The notes: a model not told the origin generated them from the sequence alone. A DNA stretch of 25,863 bases from an uncultured Gammaproteobacteria bacterium (GCA_945787265.1 CALZHS010000023.1:1-25863), one strand, 5' to 3'. Shown: positions 9,004 to 17,417, counted from the stretch's first letter. Translations and numbers: made by a program.

Positions 9004-9076
9004 TTAGCGAACATCACTTTCGTTGCGTCATCGCAATCCGGAAAGTCGCCGGATTAGGGACTAATCCATTCGCCAA
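9004..9076 (-). ncRNA. Candidate structured RNA, attenuator or miniature palindromic element upstream of the cyclase gene
   Basis: Terminal arms TTGGCGAA/TTCGCTAA (8 bp with one G-U pair on the minus strand) enclose overlapping hairpins GGATTAG/CTAATCC, AATCCGG/CCGGATT and TTGCG/CGCAA. A five-U tract follows at 8999-9003. Confidence 0.35.
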
Positions 9077-9132
9077 GCGAGACTCAATAAAGACTGCTAA
9101 CCAGATTAACCGGATACAACGGGCGGGCGGGG

Positions 9133-9765
9133 TTACTCGGGTTCTCCACCGAAGTGCTCCCAGAATTCCTTTTTGGGATGACGGTGCGGAAACCCCGTTT
9201 CGGGAACCGGGAGCTCGAGAAAACGGCATAGCGGCTCCCAGCCGTCGGCGACGTGAAACACCAGCAAGCGCTCGGCCGGTATCGTGTCACGTACCTTTTC
9301 ATTGTTTCGCCGATAGGCGGCTATAGCCGAATCCCGGTCCCTGAAATCGCTAAATGTCTCTTCTAGAAACCAGCCCTTCATGGTCTTAAAAACATCGCTA
9401 ACGTGGGGCGGTAATTCCAGGTCAGAGGCGACCGCGAAGAACTTGCCAATCGTGTTGTTGAAGCTTTCCCACCAGGCGTCCTCGGGACGCTCTGTATGAA
9501 TAACCCGGGCATCCGGAAAGGCGATTGAAGTTTCATGCCAGACGTGTGCGCCGGGCCAATCCACCTGTGAGTTATAACCCTCGAAGACATCTGACCAATC
9601 GACCTTTTCACCAGCTGCAATTGCCTTCCAGTGAGGAAGTTGCGCCGGATTCTCCATGACTTCAAGCATGTGATGGCAGGGACCCAGTCCAAGGACACCG
9701 AGTGCCTCTTTCATCGACATGGTGCCGGTACGGCCGAAACCTGATCCGATAACTTTCAGTGCCAT
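9133..9765 (-). CDS. Sulfotransferase family protein (Sulfotransfer_4-like P-loop)
   Basis: LKVIGSGFGRTGTMSMKEAL, GPCHHM, VDWPG, and GWEPLCRFLELPVP..FPH. A strong AGGGGG RBS lies upstream. Confidence 0.88.
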   Translation of the reverse strand: MALKVIGSGFGRTGTMSMKEALGVLGLGPCHHMLEVMENPAQLPHWKAIAAGEKVDWSDVFEGYNSQVDWPGAHVWHETSIAFPDARVIHTERPEDAWWESFNNTIGKFFAVASDLELPPHVSDVFKTMKGWFLEETFSDFRDRDSAIAAYRRNNEKVRDTIPAERLLVFHVADGWEPLCRFLELPVPETGFPHRHPKKEFWEHFGGEPE

Positions 9766-9809
9766 CTTGTTATTCCCCCTGTTTTTATTGGTACTTGATA
9801 CCGCCGCAA

Positions 9810-9838
9810 ATTATACCTAGGAAAGAAATTCCTGACCA
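9810..9838 (-). promoter_or_regulatory. Putative sigma70 promoter of the sulfotransferase gene
   Basis: The minus strand reads TGGTCA-17 bp-TATAAT. The spacer holds an AGGAA-N5-TTCCT inverted repeat (9819-9833). Confidence 0.5.
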
Positions 9839-9890
9839 TGAACCTTTTATCATCAAAGCAGCGTGCACTCGTCAAGACGCTTTGACCCAT

Positions 9891-10786
9891 TTACTGCCAG
9901 CTGGAGAGTTCCTGGTGGCTGTCTTTGAAATTCTGGTTGTCGGGATCGAGTTCGAGCGCACGGTTAATCGCGTCGATGGCGGCTTCGTATCGGCCCAGCT
10001 GCGCCAGCGTGTAGGCGAGATTATTCCAGACTTCTGCCTTTTGTGAATCGATCTGCAGCGCCGCGCGATAAGCCGATTCGGCCTCGGCAAATTGTCCCAT
10101 CGCGTAAGCTGAATTAGCCAGGCCGGTATGTGCCAGCAGGCTTTCGGGCCAGCGGCGTAGCGCCGTGGAATAGGCTCGATGGGCGGTATTTATCCGACCC
10201 ACCTGCTCCAGGCCGATAACGGCTTCGAGGTAGGCACCGGCGCTGGCCGTTGGCGGAATCGAATCTGCCGGCACGATCGCGAGCGCCCAATGGCCTGCAC
10301 GCTGCCAGGTTTTCTCGAACAGCGCAAAAGAACGGGAAACCCGGGACTTCAGGCCGGAACGCATAATCATAATGCGTTGGTCAAAGTCGTAGCCGACGAC
10401 AACCTCGTAATGCCACACTGGATCTCGCGCAACAGCGATTCGAGGGTGCCATCGAGCTGAACCGGCAACAATTCAAACTGCCGGGTCGCCGCGATAACCT
10501 CGGCCTGCAGGCTGCCCTTTAGTTCGGGCACATAAATAAGCGGTACTATCTGCTCGGGCTCTACCGCGGTACCCCGGTAGGTGATGATGCTGGCCAGCGA
10601 TGCGGGGCCGCAGTGATACTCCTGCTGCGGGAAAAATGGGACTTCAGTCAGTTCGACCCGGGGAGGAATATCCGGGGGATTATCCAGCAGCAACCGGGTT
10701 TGCGGAGAGGTCGCACAGCCACCGAGGAAAGCCAGTAAAACCAGCGTGCACGAAATCGAGCGTGCACGCCTGTTAACAAGTTTCAA
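9891..10786 (-). pseudogene. PA2778-family C39-like cysteine peptidase lipoprotein with TPR, split by an internal frameshifting deletion
   Basis: The 5' part has the lipobox LGGC, VPFFPQQEYHCGPASLA and GSLQ.E. The 3' part starts WHYEVVVGYD and has FEKTWQRAGHWAL and TPRs. The two frames join at 10420/10421, where the usual PVLVLQNLG-type strand is missing. Confidence 0.82.
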
Positions 10787-11155
10787 CTACTCAGAAGCAG
10801 GCCAGTTGGGGACGATATCGGTGTACCCCATCAGCTCGGTAATGACCAGGACCAGGATGACAATTATCAGTGCATCCGCTCCTCCCGCGGGAGCCTCGTC
10901 AATGCGTTGGTGAATTTTGATTACCTGTGCATCGGTCATTGCCGCCACGCGAGTTGCTGCATCCGCGGCTTCGACACCACCGAGGACCAGTTGCTGTTCG
11001 ATCCAGTCCCGTTTCGCGGCGATATTACCGAGATCGATTGACAACAGGCTGTCCTGCAGTTGGGCGGTACCGACCATTCCTGCCTGGCTCGGAAGACTAA
11101 TCGCCAGGGCCGTAACAGCGACAAGCAGGCAACGCGTAAGCTTCGATTTCTGCAT
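10787..11155 (-). CDS. PA2779-family small exported protein
   Basis: Signal peptide ending SQA, then GMVGT, LVLGGVEAADAATRVAAMTDAQV, IDEAPAGG and a hydrophobic tail ending ITELMGYTDI. It lies directly upstream of the PA2778 homolog and has a GAGGAG RBS. Confidence 0.88.
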   Translation of the reverse strand: MQKSKLTRCLLVAVTALAISLPSQAGMVGTAQLQDSLLSIDLGNIAAKRDWIEQQLVLGGVEAADAATRVAAMTDAQVIKIHQRIDEAPAGGADALIIVILVLVITELMGYTDIVPNWPASE

Positions 11156-11213
11156 GGTGTTCTCCTCAATTTTGGTGGGTTTTGTTGACCTGATTAGTAT
11201 AGCCTAGTTTCGG

Positions 11214-11552
11214 TCAAGCGAGTTTCGCGCCGTTCGGCACAGCGCTGTCGGGACGCGCCAGCACCACGGCGCCATCCTCGCGGTGAAACCCGGTGACGAG
11301 GCATTCCGAGCGCATCGGTCCGATTTGTTTGGGCGGGAAATTCACGACGGCAACCACCTGGCGTCCGACCAGATCTTCCTTGTGATAAATGTCGGTAATC
11401 TGGGCACTCGATTTACGCACGCCGATTTCATCGCCAAAATCGATTTTCAGGCGGTAAGCGGGCTTACGCGCCTCGGGAAAATCCTCGACCTCGATGACGG
11501 TACCAACCCGCAATTCGACTTTTTCAAAATCACTCCAGTCAATGGTATTCAA
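11214..11552 (-). CDS. csaA: tRNA-binding / protein-export chaperone CsaA
   Basis: [37 protein letters not shown] (OB-fold). TTG start with a GAGGA RBS. Confidence 0.92.
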   Translation of the reverse strand: MNTIDWSDFEKVELRVGTVIEVEDFPEARKPAYRLKIDFGDEIGVRKSSAQITDIYHKEDLVGRQVVAVVNFPPKQIGPMRSECLVTGFHREDGAVVLARPDSAVPNGAKLA

Positions 11553-11563
11553 TTTATCTTTCC

Positions 11564-12697
11564 TCAGGAAAATTCGGCACGAATCGCGTCACTGTGTTCG
11601 CCGATGGCTGGCACTCTACGCGGTTTTTCGGTCCGGTCGGAGCGCAGTGCCGCGATTGCGGCCACCTGCGCCTCTCCGCTCGGGGTATGAACCGTATCGC
11701 GACGCAGCTGGGGATGGGTGGACAGGCCCGCAATATCGTTCAGTCGGCCATAGGCGATGGCGGCCTCGCGCAAGCGCACAGCTACTGCGGCCTGGTCGAG
11801 TTGTGCAAATACATCGCCAATGAGCTGGTCGACGTATTGGCGATTTTCGACACGCAGCTGGTTCGTCTTGAGCCTGGCATCATCGGCCAGACTGGCATCA
11901 CCCAGAACCTGTGCACAGAAATTTTGCCACTCGCGCTCATTCTGAATGGCAATCACGATATCGAGACCATCGCGGCAGCGGTAAGCACCGTAAGGTGAAA
12001 TTGTCGCATGATTGATACCGACGCGCGGCTGGATTTTGCCGGCATAGTCATAATGTAACAGGGGTACCGCCAGCCACTCGGCCATGCTATCGAACAGCGA
12101 GACTTTGATAACACAGCCGCTAGCGCTTTGCTCACGTTCGATCAGGGCCTCAAGAATTGCGGCATAAGCCTGCTGTCCGCAATTGATATCGCAGGCCGAC
12201 ACCCCGATTCGGCCCGGTGCATCCGGGGTGCCGGTGATCGAGGCCATTCCTGACTCGCACTGCACCAGCAAATCGTAGGCTTTCATGGTGCTGTACTCGC
12301 CCTGGTCTCCGTAGCCCGAGATATCGCAACAAATTAACCGTGGATATCGATCACGCAGGGTAGAGCTGCCAAAGCCGGCGCGCTCCGCCGCTCCCGGAGC
12401 CAGGTTTTGGATAAACACGTCGGCGCGTGCGAGTATCCGATGCAGCAGCTCGACATCGGCAGCCGCCTTGATATCCATCACCAGGGACTCTTTACCCTGG
12501 TTTAACCAGACAAAGTAAGCCGACTCGCCGTGCACTACGCGGTCGTAAGCGCGCGCGAAATCGCCCTCTTCGCGTTCAATTTTTATCACCCGCGCCCCGG
12601 CATGCGCGAGCCGGTTGGAGCAAAAGGGTGCCGCCACCGCCTGTTCTAGCGAGACCACAAGAATATCCTTCAAATTCAGCATGCCGTTATGGGTCAT
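11564..12697 (-). CDS. CaiB/BaiF family III CoA-transferase (resembles the itaconate/mesaconate CoA-transferase clade)
   Basis: [58 protein letters not shown] and the catalytic Asp in ACDINCG. Confidence 0.9.
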   Translation of the reverse strand: MTHNGMLNLKDILVVSLEQAVAAPFCSNRLAHAGARVIKIEREEGDFARAYDRVVHGESAYFVWLNQGKESLVMDIKAAADVELLHRILARADVFIQNLAPGAAERAGFGSSTLRDRYPRLICCDISGYGDQGEYSTMKAYDLLVQCESGMASITGTPDAPGRIGVSACDINCGQQAYAAILEALIEREQSASGCVIKVSLFDSMAEWLAVPLLHYDYAGKIQPRVGINHATISPYGAYRCRDGLDIVIAIQNEREWQNFCAQVLGDASLADDARLKTNQLRVENRQYVDQLIGDVFAQLDQAAVAVRLREAAIAYGRLNDIAGLSTHPQLRRDTVHTPSGEAQVAAIAALRSDRTEKPRRVPAIGEHSDAIRAEFS

Positions 12698-13855
12698 CTA
12701 GAAAGACTTGGGCAGGCCGAGTACATGCGTTGCAATATTTGAAAGGATCAGATTGGTCGATATCGGCGCGACCTGGTAGAGCCGGGTTTCGCGAAACTTG
12801 CGCTCGACATCGTACTCGACCGTGAAACCATAACCACCGTGGGTTTGCAGGCACATGTCGGCGGCAGCCCACGAGGCATCGGCAGCCAGCAGCTTTGACA
12901 TGTTGGCCTCCGAACCGCAGGCTTCACCGGCATCAAACATGCGACAGGCCTTGTCGACCATCAGTGCCGCGGCTTCGGTTTGCACGTGGGCGCGAGCGAT
13001 TGGAAACTGGATACCCTGGTTCTTGCCGATTGAAGCACCAAACACCTCCCGTTCGCGTGCATATTGGGTGGCGCGGTCGATGAACCAGCGGGCGTCACCG
13101 ATACATTCCGCCGCAATCAGGATTCGCTCGGCATTCATGCCGTCGAGAATATAGCTGAACCCTTTACCTTCCTCACCGACGAGGTTTTCCACCGGCACCC
13201 GCAACTTGTCGAAAAAGAGCTCGGTAGTCGCGTGGTTCAGCATGGTTTCGAGCGGCCGCACCGTTAAACCGTTACCCACCGCTTCACGCAGATCAACCAG
13301 CAACACCGACATGCCCTGGGTCGGTTTTTCGACTTCATCGCGGGCCGTGGTGCGCACCAGCAGCAACAGCAAATCGGAATGTTCGACGCGCGAAATAAAA
13401 ACCTTTTGTCCACTTACGACATAGTGGTCTCCATCGAGATGCGCGCGCGTTTTGATGCGCGTGGTATCGGTTCCACTGGAGGGCTCGGTTACACCGAAGG
13501 CCTGCAGCCGCAGCGCGCCCGATGCAATATCGGGCAGGTACTTCTGCTTTTGGGCGTCACTGCCGTGTCGCAGCAGCGTGCCCATGATATACATCTGTGC
13601 GTGACAGGCGGCGCCATTGGCCCCGCTGCGCTGGATCTCCTCGAGTACGGCGCAGGCAGCCGCCAGGTCCATACCGGCACCCTGGTAGGCTTCCGGTATC
13701 AGTACCGACAGGTAACCCGCGTCGGTAAGGGCCTGCACGAATTCGGTTGGATAAGCCTTATCGCGATCTTTCTCGCGCCAGTATTCATCGGGATATTCAG
13801 CACAAAGGCGCGCCACCGCGTCCCGTACTTCGGGATGTGACTGTTGTTCTGGCAT
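12698..13855 (-). CDS. Acyl-CoA dehydrogenase family protein
   Basis: FGVTEPSSGTDT, GQKVFISR, GEEGKGF, MNAERILIA, FGASIGKNQGIQFPIA and VERKFRETRL. Its stop codon abuts the CoA-transferase ATG. Confidence 0.92.
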   Translation of the reverse strand: MPEQQSHPEVRDAVARLCAEYPDEYWREKDRDKAYPTEFVQALTDAGYLSVLIPEAYQGAGMDLAAACAVLEEIQRSGANGAACHAQMYIMGTLLRHGSDAQKQKYLPDIASGALRLQAFGVTEPSSGTDTTRIKTRAHLDGDHYVVSGQKVFISRVEHSDLLLLLVRTTARDEVEKPTQGMSVLLVDLREAVGNGLTVRPLETMLNHATTELFFDKLRVPVENLVGEEGKGFSYILDGMNAERILIAAECIGDARWFIDRATQYAREREVFGASIGKNQGIQFPIARAHVQTEAAALMVDKACRMFDAGEACGSEANMSKLLAADASWAAADMCLQTHGGYGFTVEYDVERKFRETRLYQVAPISTNLILSNIATHVLGLPKSF

Positions 13856-13898
13856 CTGGCCTCAACTGGTTAATGATTATCGCCCCGGCTCAGGTTGT

Positions 13899-15116
13899 TC
13901 AAGCCGCGATGATATTGTGCTCGGGGCCGTAGGGGAAGCCGGTTATGTTATCCGCACCGTCCTCGGTAACCACCAGGATATCGTGCTCGCGGTAGCCACC
14001 GGCACCAGGCACATCCAGCGGCAGCGTCAGCATTGGTTCCATCGAGACCACCATTCCAGGTTCCAGCACCGTATCGATGTCTTCACGCAGTTCAAGCCCT
14101 GCCTCGCGACCGTAATAATGTGACAGTACGCCAAACGAATGCCCGTAACCGAAAGAGCGATACTGCAGCAAATCTCTCTCCTCGAACAAGCGATTGATTT
14201 CGGCACAAATGCCCGAGCAGGTCGCACCCGGCCTGATCAGCGATAAACCGAGCTCGTGCGCCTCGACGTTAGCCTGCCATATCCTGAGCGAGGCGGCATC
14301 GGGCTCACCCAGGAACAGCGTGCGCTCGAGGGCGGTATAGTATCCCGATATCATCGGGAAAGTGTTCAGGCTCAGGATGTCGCCTGCTTCAAGCTTCGCC
14401 GTGGTCACGGGATTATGCGCACCATCAGTATTGAGCCCGGCCTGGAACCAGACCCAGGTATCCCGCAGCTCGCTGTCCGGGTAGGCGCGAGAAATTTCGA
14501 GCTCCATCGCATCCCGGCCAGCCATCGCCACGTCGATTTCACGGGTGCCGACACGGATCGCATCGCGGATCGCCTCACCGCCAATATCGGCGGTTCGGGC
14601 ACCGCCCTTGATGAGCTCGATTTCTTCGGCCGATTTAATCATGCGCAAACCCATGACTTGCTGGTTCAAATCAACGGCATCGATGTCGCCCAGCATTTCG
14701 GTCATCAACTGGCGAGTCGCCAGCGTCATGTGGTCTCCCTCGATGCCGATACGTTTGCCCTGGGGAATGATCGATTTTACAGCGCGCCAGTAATTATTGC
14801 GCTTCCAATCGGTATAGATCAGGTTTTCAGCATGGCAGCGCCGCCACGGCTGGCCGCCATCGATATTGGCCGAAACGGTAACGCAGCGCTCGCCAGTGAC
14901 GACGCAGGCGTAGGGACGACCGAAGGAACAGTAGAGAAAGCCCGAGTAGTAGGCGATGTTGTGCATCGAGGTCAGCAGCATGGCATCAATCCCGGAACTG
15001 GCCATCAGCTGGCGCAGGCTGCCGAGACGATTTTCATACTCGGTGTCGGAAAATGGCAGGTTGGCCTTGGAACCGTTTTGCAGTTCGAAGAACTCGGGAC
15101 GTTGAGTTTGAGACAT
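13899..15116 (-). CDS. Creatinase (creatine amidinohydrolase, M24 fold)
   Basis: YCSFGRPY, SANIDGGQPWRR, YTDWKRNNY, NTDGAHNPVT, YYTALERTLFL, GYGHSFGVLSHYYGREAGLELRED and GYREHDIL match Pseudomonas-type creatinase as recalled. The ATG at 15116 has a GGAG RBS and is preferred over the track's GTG at 15125. Confidence 0.9.
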   Translation of the reverse strand: MSQTQRPEFFELQNGSKANLPFSDTEYENRLGSLRQLMASSGIDAMLLTSMHNIAYYSGFLYCSFGRPYACVVTGERCVTVSANIDGGQPWRRCHAENLIYTDWKRNNYWRAVKSIIPQGKRIGIEGDHMTLATRQLMTEMLGDIDAVDLNQQVMGLRMIKSAEEIELIKGGARTADIGGEAIRDAIRVGTREIDVAMAGRDAMELEISRAYPDSELRDTWVWFQAGLNTDGAHNPVTTAKLEAGDILSLNTFPMISGYYTALERTLFLGEPDAASLRIWQANVEAHELGLSLIRPGATCSGICAEINRLFEERDLLQYRSFGYGHSFGVLSHYYGREAGLELREDIDTVLEPGMVVSMEPMLTLPLDVPGAGGYREHDILVVTEDGADNITGFPYGPEHNIIAA

Positions 15117-15181
15117 CGCAATCACTCCGAAATCATCCGGGCGTACAGGACCAGATTACCCGCTATATCGGTATCGACGCC

Positions 15182-15203
15182 ATCGCTACCAGCGGGCAGC
15201 GAT
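15182..15203. promoter_or_regulatory. 22-bp imperfect palindrome, candidate operator over the creatinase transcription start
   Basis: ATCGCTACC-AGCG-GGCAGCGAT (8 of 9 arm positions match). It overlaps the end of the predicted -10 box. Confidence 0.4.
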
Positions 15204-15230
15204 TTTAGCCATCGCGCAGATGCCAGGCAA
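15202..15230 (-). promoter_or_regulatory. Putative sigma70 promoter of the creatinase gene
   Basis: The minus strand reads TTGCCT (15230-15225)-17 bp-TAAAAT (15207-15202). Confidence 0.55.
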
Positions 15231-15683
15231 GATATAATTATTCCAGCAGACCGAATCCAGTGGGACCTGCTATGGCAGGGCTACCTCCGGTTTTACCAGT
15301 CAAGCCTTGAGGATGAAGTCACGGACCTGCTGTGGCAGCGCATCCTGGATCCGGCGCACGATATTCAGTGCCGCGTGGCCGAGAGCGATGCCGGTGACCT
15401 GGTCGGGCTGGTGCATTTTTTCCCGCATCCACATACCTGGTATGCAAGCCCGGTCTGTTATCTCAACGATTTGTTCGTGCTGCCGTCTGTACGTGGCGCC
15501 GGCATCGGCAGATCGCTGATCGAAACGGTTGTGGACCTGGCGCAGCAGCGACAGTGGGCTGAAGTCTACTGGCACACGCAAAGCCATAACGCGGTGGCAA
15601 GAGACCTGTATGACAAGATAACAGGTGGCACCGATGGATTTATTAATTACACCATCGACGTGGCGCAGCTGGCAGCTCGATAA
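15220..15683 (+). CDS. GNAT family N-acetyltransferase; 5' end frameshifted or using a non-canonical start
   Basis: PADRIQWDLLWQGYLRFY, CYLNDLFV, VRGAGIGRSLIE, VYWHTQSHNAVARDLYDK. There is no in-frame ATG/GTG/TTG at the expected N-terminus. The ATG at 15220 is out of frame (MPGKI*). Confidence 0.78.
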
Positions 15684-15704
15684 CCTGGCCAGGCGCAGCG
15701 TAAG

Positions 15705-17417
15705 TCACGAGGTGGGTTCGCCGTCATTTTCCGGAAGCGTAAACCAGAAGGTACTGCCCTGCCCTTCACCTTCCGATACGATCCAGATTCTGCCACCATG
15801 AACCTCGATGATTCGCTTGATCAGGGCAAGCCCGATTCCGGTACCTTCGATCCCGGCGTCAAGTCGATCAAACAGGTTAAACACCCTGTCCTGGTACTCG
15901 GGGGCAATGCCGATACCGTTATCGCGTACAAAACAGCGAACCTCGCCATTGTTTCGCTGCGCACCGATTTCAATACGGGGTGATTCCTGGGCTCCCATGA
16001 ACTTGATCGCGTTATCGATAAGGTTCTGAAAAACTTCGCGCAGCCGGCCCGCGTCGCCGACAATCGTCGGCATATCGGAAGCAACCTGGATATCGACCTC
16101 CTGATGTTCAACCTGCATCGCAACGCCCTCCAGCGCTTCCTGTACCAGCTGGTTCAGGTCCAGGCTTTCAGGGGCGTTAATTTGACGCCCGACTCGACTT
16201 AATTCGAGCAGCTCCTCCAGCAGCCGGGCCATCTTGTCGGCGGCATCACCGATCTGATCCGCATCACGCTCGATTGCCTCGGCGTCCTGAGCGTCAATAT
16301 CTTTTTGCAGTAAACCGAGAAATCCCTTGATCGTGACCAGTGGCGCCTTGAGATCATGTGAAACGGTGTAGTTAAAGCGCTCAAGTTCGATATTCTGACT
16401 AAGCAGCTCTGCATTCTTGCGCTCGATTTCGTTGGCACGCTGTTCCAGCTCTTTGTTTTTATCTGCTATCTGAAACAGCAGCTGCCGCTGGCGGTAAATG
16501 AAAAACGTCGCCCCCGCGATCAGCAGCGTTACCAGCAGGGCAACTGCATAGTAATTAAGCCTGGAATGCGTAATCGAGTGCTGAAAATCATCGACCGATA
16601 TACCGATCGCAACAACGAGCGGAAAATCAGGGACCTCGCGGTAAGCATAGTGTCGCGTAACACCATCGACGACACTGGTTTGCAGATACTGCCCAATCGG
16701 GCTTTCCTCGAGTCGCTGCCAGATCTGGGATCCACTAATATTCTGACCAGGCCCCCTGGAGCCATAGGAAGACCTGGAGCGAACGAACTTGTCCTTGCCC
16801 ACCAGGGTCGCGGAGCTCTTGGGCCCCAACTGCATGGCGTTGAAAAAACCGGTAATATTATCCGCTTCGAGCGCAAGGAAAATAACGCCCCCGAACTCGC
16901 CATCGGGTTTCTCGTAGCGTCGCACCAGCCTGACAATCAGCTCGCCGCTATTGCGTCCCATGTGCAGTTTTGATATCAGCAGTTCGTCAGCTTTCGCGTC
17001 CTTTTGAAACTTGAAATAATCCCGGTCACTGGCCGTCGTTCCGGGCTTGATCTCATGGTCCGACACCATTAACGGAGTACCGTTCTCGTCGATGATCGTA
17101 ATATGCGAGGCAATCGATTTATTGAGCGGGACTTCATCCATCAATTGCTCGATTCTGGCAGTATCGTAATTGCGAAGGTATTCGCGCCGCACGAGTTTCA
17201 GGTAGGCATCGCCATACTGGAAAATTCCAACGACATGGCTTTCAAAAAATACAGCAATCCGGTTTGCCTGCTCAGCCACATCACTAAAGCGATTTTCTTC
17301 TTCCCGCACGACGAAGTTGTGCAAAACAATCCAGACCAGCAGCGACAACATGACACCCGTGGTCAGGTATAGACTGCCAGATGGTGTGATAAAACGTTTT
17401 TCGTTAGCCCTGTTCAA
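15705..17417 (-). CDS. Membrane sensor histidine kinase with an extracytoplasmic Cache-type domain
   Basis: Two transmembrane helices flank a Cache-like region (SDRDYF, YAYREVPDFPLVVAIG). These are followed by a coiled coil, the H-box SHDLKAPL, the N-box QNLIDNAIKF, DNGIGI and GTGIGL. Confidence 0.92.
   Translation of the reverse strand: MNRANEKRFITPSGSLYLTTGVMLSLLVWIVLHNFVVREEENRFSDVAEQANRIAVFFESHVVGIFQYGDAYLKLVRREYLRNYDTARIEQLMDEVPLNKSIASHITIIDENGTPLMVSDHEIKPGTTASDRDYFKFQKDAKADELLISKLHMGRNSGELIVRLVRRYEKPDGEFGGVIFLALEADNITGFFNAMQLGPKSSATLVGKDKFVRSRSSYGSRGPGQNISGSQIWQRLEESPIGQYLQTSVVDGVTRHYAYREVPDFPLVVAIGISVDDFQHSITHSRLNYYAVALLVTLLIAGATFFIYRQRQLLFQIADKNKELEQRANEIERKNAELLSQNIELERFNYTVSHDLKAPLVTIKGFLGLLQKDIDAQDAEAIERDADQIGDAADKMARLLEELLELSRVGRQINAPESLDLNQLVQEALEGVAMQVEHQEVDIQVASDMPTIVGDAGRLREVFQNLIDNAIKFMGAQESPRIEIGAQRNNGEVRCFVRDNGIGIAPEYQDRVFNLFDRLDAGIEGTGIGLALIKRIIEVHGGRIWIVSEGEGQGSTFWFTLPENDGEPTS

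Noticed and set aside
9015-9050. Hammerhead-ribozyme-like words (GAUGA...CGAAA) in the structured element
   Set aside because: The core needs CUGANGA but this reads GCGAUGA, and stems I and II cannot form properly.
9040-9100. ZTP (pfl) or c-di-GMP-I riboswitch resemblance (UGGCGAA..UGGAUUA; GACGCAA)
   Set aside because: The GACUGGCG and 3' GCCUGGG elements of ZTP, and the GGCAAA/GAAA tetraloop-receptor layout of c-di-GMP-I, are absent.
11185-11217. TTGACC-N21-GGTCAA inverted repeat upstream of PA2779
   Set aside because: The arms are only 6 bp, one overlaps the csaA stop codon, and the spacing fits no motif I can name. A lone TATACT (11201-11196) has no matching -35.
15117-15200. Guanidine riboswitch in the creatinase leader
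   Set aside because: Attractive because creatine is a guanidino compound, but there are no paired ACGR hairpins and no convincing class I or III consensus.
14256-15219. 5' two-thirds of the 475-aa ORF 14256..15683 (+)
   Set aside because: It is the antisense shadow of creatinase. Only the last ~150 codons look like a real protein (GNAT).
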